The translations under genes were made by a program, and so were the position numbers. 64,000 bases of DNA from Calcarisporiella thermophila CBS 279.70 (lineage: Eukaryota; Fungi; Calcarisporiellomycota), in contig NW_027192194.1 of the NCBI RefSeq assembly GCF_041956535.1, forward strand, positions 155,444 through 219,443, given 5' to 3'. Shown piece after piece: positions 56,748-64,000 of this stretch. Under the pieces are notes generated by a model. It was not told where the DNA came from, made no database searches, and was given only the letters and a program-made list of their open reading frames with translations. The stretch's first letter is position 1. Every line of letters begins with the position of its first letter.

Positions 56748-58764
56748 TTAGTCAGATAATGAAGCGTCATAAGTCGATGTGGAGAAACAGCCCTCGCGCT
56801 CTAAAATCACCTCTTTGTATCGTGCAATAGGGAATGGAGGGGCGACTTCAATCTCTTCGCGGGGTATGAGCCATTCTAGGAACATCCAAAACAAATAGTC
56901 GACAGCCATCACCATGCAGAAAAGCTTGCCCGCCCATAGACCGCATCCGTAATATCTACAGGTCAATTAGTTGATCAGCGGCTCTCCAAATGCTGCTTGA
57001 GGAAAGAAAGTCTACCTTCTTAAGCGCTCAATCAATGGAACCGACTCAGTTCGGGAGATTTGGTCGTATACGCGCTCAGTCCGTTCTGCGACATTGACCC
57101 AGCTGTACATTTCTTTCAGCTCATCATGAAAGCGTTCCACTTGAACCTCCTTGTTCTTGTACATCTTGATCGATTTTGAGATCGAATTAACTAGATCTAG
57201 CAATAGGGGTCGAAGCCATTGAAACTCTATAAGTTCATGTCGGGGGAACATCAATAAACTGCCAAGATTAACTCACCCTCTTCCTCTGGCTTAGCAAAAT
57301 TAATCATATGTTGCGGTAAAACTTCAGGCACTCCCCCGACTTTGGTGCTTACGACGAGCAGCCTATGAATAATGTGTAAACAAAGGAGAGCGAACCATGG
57401 TAAAGAGAGTCGTACACACCCACAACATGCTGCCTCTACGATTCCGATACAAAAGGCTTCTGTCAAACTGGTATTTAAGAATATTTGACCCTGAGTTAAA
57501 ACCTTTACGAAGCCCGTTAAAGTTAATGAGAAGAGTATTGCGAAACCTAAAAAAAAACACTTTACTTTTCGAACTTCATGCTGCTTCACCGGCCCCAATA
57601 GCTCAACTCTATCCTGTAGCAAGTGCTTTTCGCGCATTTGCTCCAGATCTATTCTCTTTGGGCCATCCCCACCTAAACCAAGACAGCATAGAAGTAAAAA
57701 AAAGTGTCAGCTCCCCCATAAATTTCATCAGAATGCGCCTCAGAGATTCATCACCTATTATAAACCGCACCTCCGGGTGCATCGCACATATTCTTGGAAT
57801 TACAGCAACCAATAAATCCATTCCTTTTCTATATACTAAACGACTCACAACAACAATGGTGACTAAATATTGAATATATATGGTTAGCTTGGTCTCTAGC
57901 GAAAAGCTATAACATAAGAAACTCACTGTAATTAGGATCTGCTGCGGAAAAATCGGGGGTGAACTGAGATGCGACAACGGCGTTGGGTATAGCAGATACA
58001 TTTTGTGGGTTAAGCGCCGCTCTCAAGACTGTGTTTTCTTTACTAAGAAAAATTCGTTCAAGGGGAGTCATCCTTGAGTGTCAGAAATCAGAAAGTTATC
58101 CATCTGCAATTGCCTCCATACCTTGTATGTGACACACAAATGACATGATCAATATCAGATAACGTGAATTTCAAAAGTTTGTTTGTCAATATACTACTGG
58201 TGTCTGCAAACCCGAAAAGTGAATGGTCGGTGAAGCACGCCTTCAAGCCCATCGTCCGCCCGTGAAGTATCGCTTCATGACAAAGTGGGGAAAAAGCACC
58301 GTGTCCGTGCACAATATCAATCTTTTCACGGAGAATTATGGAGCGGAAGATTGGAAAAAACCCATAGATAGTGGGAAGACTAGCCTCGCTGTATATGACC
58401 TTGGCAGGAACATAGTATACTTTGAGACCGTTCGCGATATAGCGGACACCAGTACGATTGCCGTAAGCGTGTGTGATAATTACAACCTTATTAAACCATT
58501 GCGGCATGTTAGTTAGGGAGTCAAATGTTCGATCATGATAGCTTCCATAAACAAAGGTCCTTGTTAACCAAAGAGTAGGAGGAGTTACCTTGTGCCCCCG
58601 CTGAATAAGGCGTTGTGAAAGATGGTAAAGATGAGATTCCACCCCTCCCATATTGGGGTAGAAGAAATCGGAGACCATGCTATGGGAGAAAACAGCATGA
58701 AAGTAAATGACTAGCTCTCTCAGAGGTATACATCAGGATGTGCTCACCATATATTGTACGGCAT
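56748..58764 (-). CDS. GPI3: GPI GlcNAc transferase catalytic subunit (PIG-A/Gpi3/Spt14)
   Basis: [63 protein letters not shown]. Confidence 0.97.
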
Positions 58765-58925
58765 TTTCCTTTTTCTTCACATTTCATCCTGCATTTCTAC
58801 ACCAAAAATTCAAAAAAATAAAAGGAAAAGTGACTGCTTTCTTGCCACGACAAATTGATTCGACAGTAGGTCTTGAGAGCTTTTTCTCACGATGAAGTCG
58901 GATTAACCGCTAGGACATTAGAGAA

Positions 58926-60806
<1,881 letters not shown>

Positions 60807-61242
60807 GCGCCTCTTGAGGGAACCCCTTTCAACCCACCTCCTGATCTGACCACTTTTTTTTTTAACCCATCTATTTCATCACCAGAGATAAAGGAGTAGA
60901 GGATCCATCCTATGCAGTATTATTACCCCCTTAGAATTTCTTATATTTATATATTTTTTATTTATACTTTTGTAGTGATTTTACAGCAAATAAAGGGCGT
61001 GCTTTGTTTTGCAATAATAGAGTAATATTAGAAATTGAAAATATATGAAAAAAAAATGAAAAAGAAAGCATCGAGTAGGAAAAAAAAAATAGATTACAAT
61101 ATATGTAAAACAATATAGGAAAAAAAAATACCGTCAAAATCAGAGGAAATGAGGACATTCTATGAGAGGCGGGTGGGTGTTTTGAAAGTATAAATACTCG
61201 AAGAAGTACAGTAGAGATAGCTTCAGCGGCATAGTACCTACT

Positions 61243-61909
61243 TTATTCGCGTTGGATGCCGATCTGCTTTCCATCATGCTGCAGCTCTAACAGAGCATGG
61301 GCATCATCATCGGTTGCATTACATGTGCTGGAAGTTCGCTGTTCCCACAGAACCGCCTGTGATCGTCGCTCCAAACTACGTCAGGGTAGATGGCAATTAA
61401 TCATTCAGTTAGGAACAGCGCCGCGTACACACTAGGATGTGCCTACCTTATTGCCCTCGCATATTCCACCACCAGCTGCCCGCTTGCTAGGGCCAACACA
61501 ACCATCACAAACAGTCCGATATGGAACGACATGGTCACTAGCATATAGAACAGCCTGAGTATTGTGGCAATGGTGTAGAGGCCTGTGCGATAGAGGACTT
61601 GTTGAGAGCGTGAGAACTTGTTAAAAAGAATGTCGGCGTGGGAGACATCGAGGAGGTATGTGCATGCGCGTTCTGTCCAGCAGATGAGGGCTATGCAAAA
61701 GAAGGCAGCGCCGAGGGCAAACGGGGAGGATATCTCGAATGATTGGAAGAGAAAATGGAGACCCTGGACATCTAGAGGGGAGCCATCCAAAAAACCAGGT
61801 TGAGTCGGTGAAATCTCGATGATTCGGGGCGTGCCAGAGGAGCCCACTGGAAAAGCACAAGGTTACCTGCATGAAAAAACGAGGCTTGACTCATCATATC
61901 CGACGCCAT
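61243..61909 (-). CDS. Ctr-family copper transporter
   Basis: MASDMM...FFHAD..LHFLFQSF, three TM segments, MLVTMSF (MxxxM), ALASG; two introns. Confidence 0.75.
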
Positions 61910-62497
61910 TGTGTTGTAAGACTAGCTAGTGGGAAGATCTGACCCTGCGAGAAAGAAGAGTGTATTCGATAAAAAAAAGAAACCTAGAAGAAAAAAAAGC
62001 TATTGACTATTAAAACATGGTTAGGTGAGCGGGCGAAGTACGAGAAACACCAATCCTTACGAAATGGTAACACCGTAGAAAATCGCTCCCTTTTCCCCTC
62101 CAATAAACACACCCCTGGTTTGGTATATTAATCCGAGTTAGTCAATGGGAGTAGTGACTAGTACTACAAGATCCTCAGCGTCAAATAGAGCTAACTTCAT
62201 ATGCTTCCATGATCCGTGTTCTGTTTATCTCTAATGACTCTCATCCGTTTCAATTTCTCAAAGCATTCACAACCATGAGTACATATTGGAAAAGGAATGA
62301 AAAGAAATGACGATAAAAATTTTACAAAACTTGGGAAAGCAAAGGAAAAGAGGGAGAAAAAAAGAGAAGGGGAACAAACATAATATTCATAAAGGTTTTC
62401 CATAACAAAAAAATCATGATTTTTTTTTTCCATTCCCGGGAAGAGTACCCATAGAACATATAGGTCAGAGGATGCAAAATACACAAGATAAAAAAAT

Positions 62498-64000
62498 CTA
62501 AGCATTGTACGATGACGAGGCAACATTTCCTCCACGACCGGTCCAGTTGGTGTGGATCCAGTTGCCGGGCTGACCCTCCAGCTCATAGGTGTGGGCACCA
62601 AAGTAGTCGCGCTGGGCCTGGAGCAGGTTGGCGGGCAGGCGGTCGTGCCTGTAGCCGTCGTAGAAGGCGAGGGCGCTCGACATAGCCGGTGTCGGGATGC
62701 CAAGGAGCACGGCCTGAGCCACAACCTGGCGCCACGAGTCCTGGGCCTTCTCGGTGGCCTTCTTGAACCAGTCGTCGAAGAGCAGGTTCTCGAGGTTGGG
62801 GTTGTTGGTGAAGGCATTCTTGATGTCGCCGAGGAAGGCACTGCGGATGATGCATCCACCGCGCCACATCAGGGCAATACCAGCGTAGTTCAGGTGCCAG
62901 TTGTGCTCCTTGGCGGCCTCACGCATGAGCATGAAGCCTTGGGCGTAGGAGATGATCTTGGATGCGAACAACGCCTGTCCGAGCTGCTGGATGAACTTCT
63001 TCTTGTCGCCCGAGAACACGGTGTTGGGTCCGGCAAGGATCTTGCTTGCGCGCACGCGCTCATCCTTGAGGGCCGACAACGCACGAGCGAACACAGCCTC
63101 TCCAATCAGAGTCACGGGCACGCCATAGTCGAGAGAGGAGATGGCGGTCCACTTTCCGGTACCCTTCTGGCCGGCCGCGTCGCGGATCTTCTCCACCAGC
63201 GGCTTGCCGTCGGTATCCTTGAACTTGAGGATATCCTTGGTGATCTCGATCAAGAACGAGTCGAGTTCGCCCTTGTTCCACTCCTCGAACACCTCGCCAA
63301 TCTCCTCGGGCTGCATGTTGAGACCTTCCTTCATCAGGTGATATGCCTCCGCAATCAACTGCATGTCTCCGTACTCAATACCGTTGTGCACCATCTTCAC
63401 GTAGTGTCCGGCACCAGTCTCACCCACCCAGTCGCAGCAAGGCTCGCCGTTCGCCTTGGCGGCCACGGCCTGGAAGATGGGTTTGAGGTGAGGCCATGCC
63501 TCCTTCGAACCACCAGGCATGAGCGAGGGGCCGTAGCGCGCACCCTCTTCACCGCCCGATACACCACATCCTACGAACAGGAAGCCCTTCGCCTCGAGCT
63601 CCTTGGTTCTGCGGATGGTGTCGGGGAAATGAGAGTTTCCACCATCAATGATAATGTCTCCCTTCTCAAGGTAGGGCAAGAGCTGGGCAATGAAGTCATC
63701 GACAGCCGAGCCAGCCTTCACGAGAAGCATCACCTTGCGCGGGCGCTTGAGTTTCCGGCAGAGCTCTTCAATAGAATGAGCGCCGACGATTTTTGTGCCT
63801 AAGACAAGCATGGCATTTTAACGTGAGGAAAGGACGAAGGCGAGCTAAAGGAAGAGGGAAAAACTACCTTTGGCTTCATTCTCAAGGAAGTGATCAACTT
63901 TGGAGACTGTGCGATTGTACGCGCAGACAACATAACCGTGGTCATTAATGTTAAGGATCAGGTTCTGACCCTGTTACGAGAGGGGCAAGATAAGAGAAAG
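62498..64000 (-). CDS. GND1: 6-phosphogluconate dehydrogenase, decarboxylating (5' end off window)
   Basis: GQNLILN, DGGNSHF, VSGGEEGARYGP, KMVHNGIEYGDMQ, GQKGTGKW, QAQRDYFGAHTY. Confidence 0.98.

Noticed and set aside
62460-62500. Cryptic PTS1 by stop read-through in GND1
   Set aside because: Stop context TAG-ATT and the extension ending in CIL do not fit read-through or PTS1 patterns
62552-63802. 416-aa antisense ORF opposite GND1
   Set aside because: Shadow ORF expected from strong C/G-ending codon bias in a highly expressed gene; no recognisable protein features

Overview
Gene-dense, intron-rich eukaryotic DNA, most consistent with an early-diverging fungus (Mucoromycota/Zoopagomycota-like; inferred from PacC, Fpk1/Nrc-2, a DUF3425 bZIP, a group III G-alpha and short GT-AG introns). 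About 28 protein-coding genes, mostly housekeeping, plus one tRNA-Arg(ACG). No transposon, CRISPR array or rRNA is visible. The main discovery is an 8-exon gene at 25611-27304 that the ORF track only shows in fragments. It reads as a Rec102/Rec6/TOPOVIBL-like partner of Spo11 (WxxY motif plus a TopoVIB-type C-terminal helix), and its best model uses one clear and one probable minor-spliceosome (U12-type) AT-AC intron. Other items: a FUBI-like, non-canonical ubiquitin fused to eS31; an intronless secreted protein that looks bacterial; a hidden 2-TM Cys-containing gene with TMEM9-like motifs; and a candidate structured ncRNA near 43.9 kb. All family calls come from hand translation and remembered motifs; no database search was run. 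Exon boundaries are manual.
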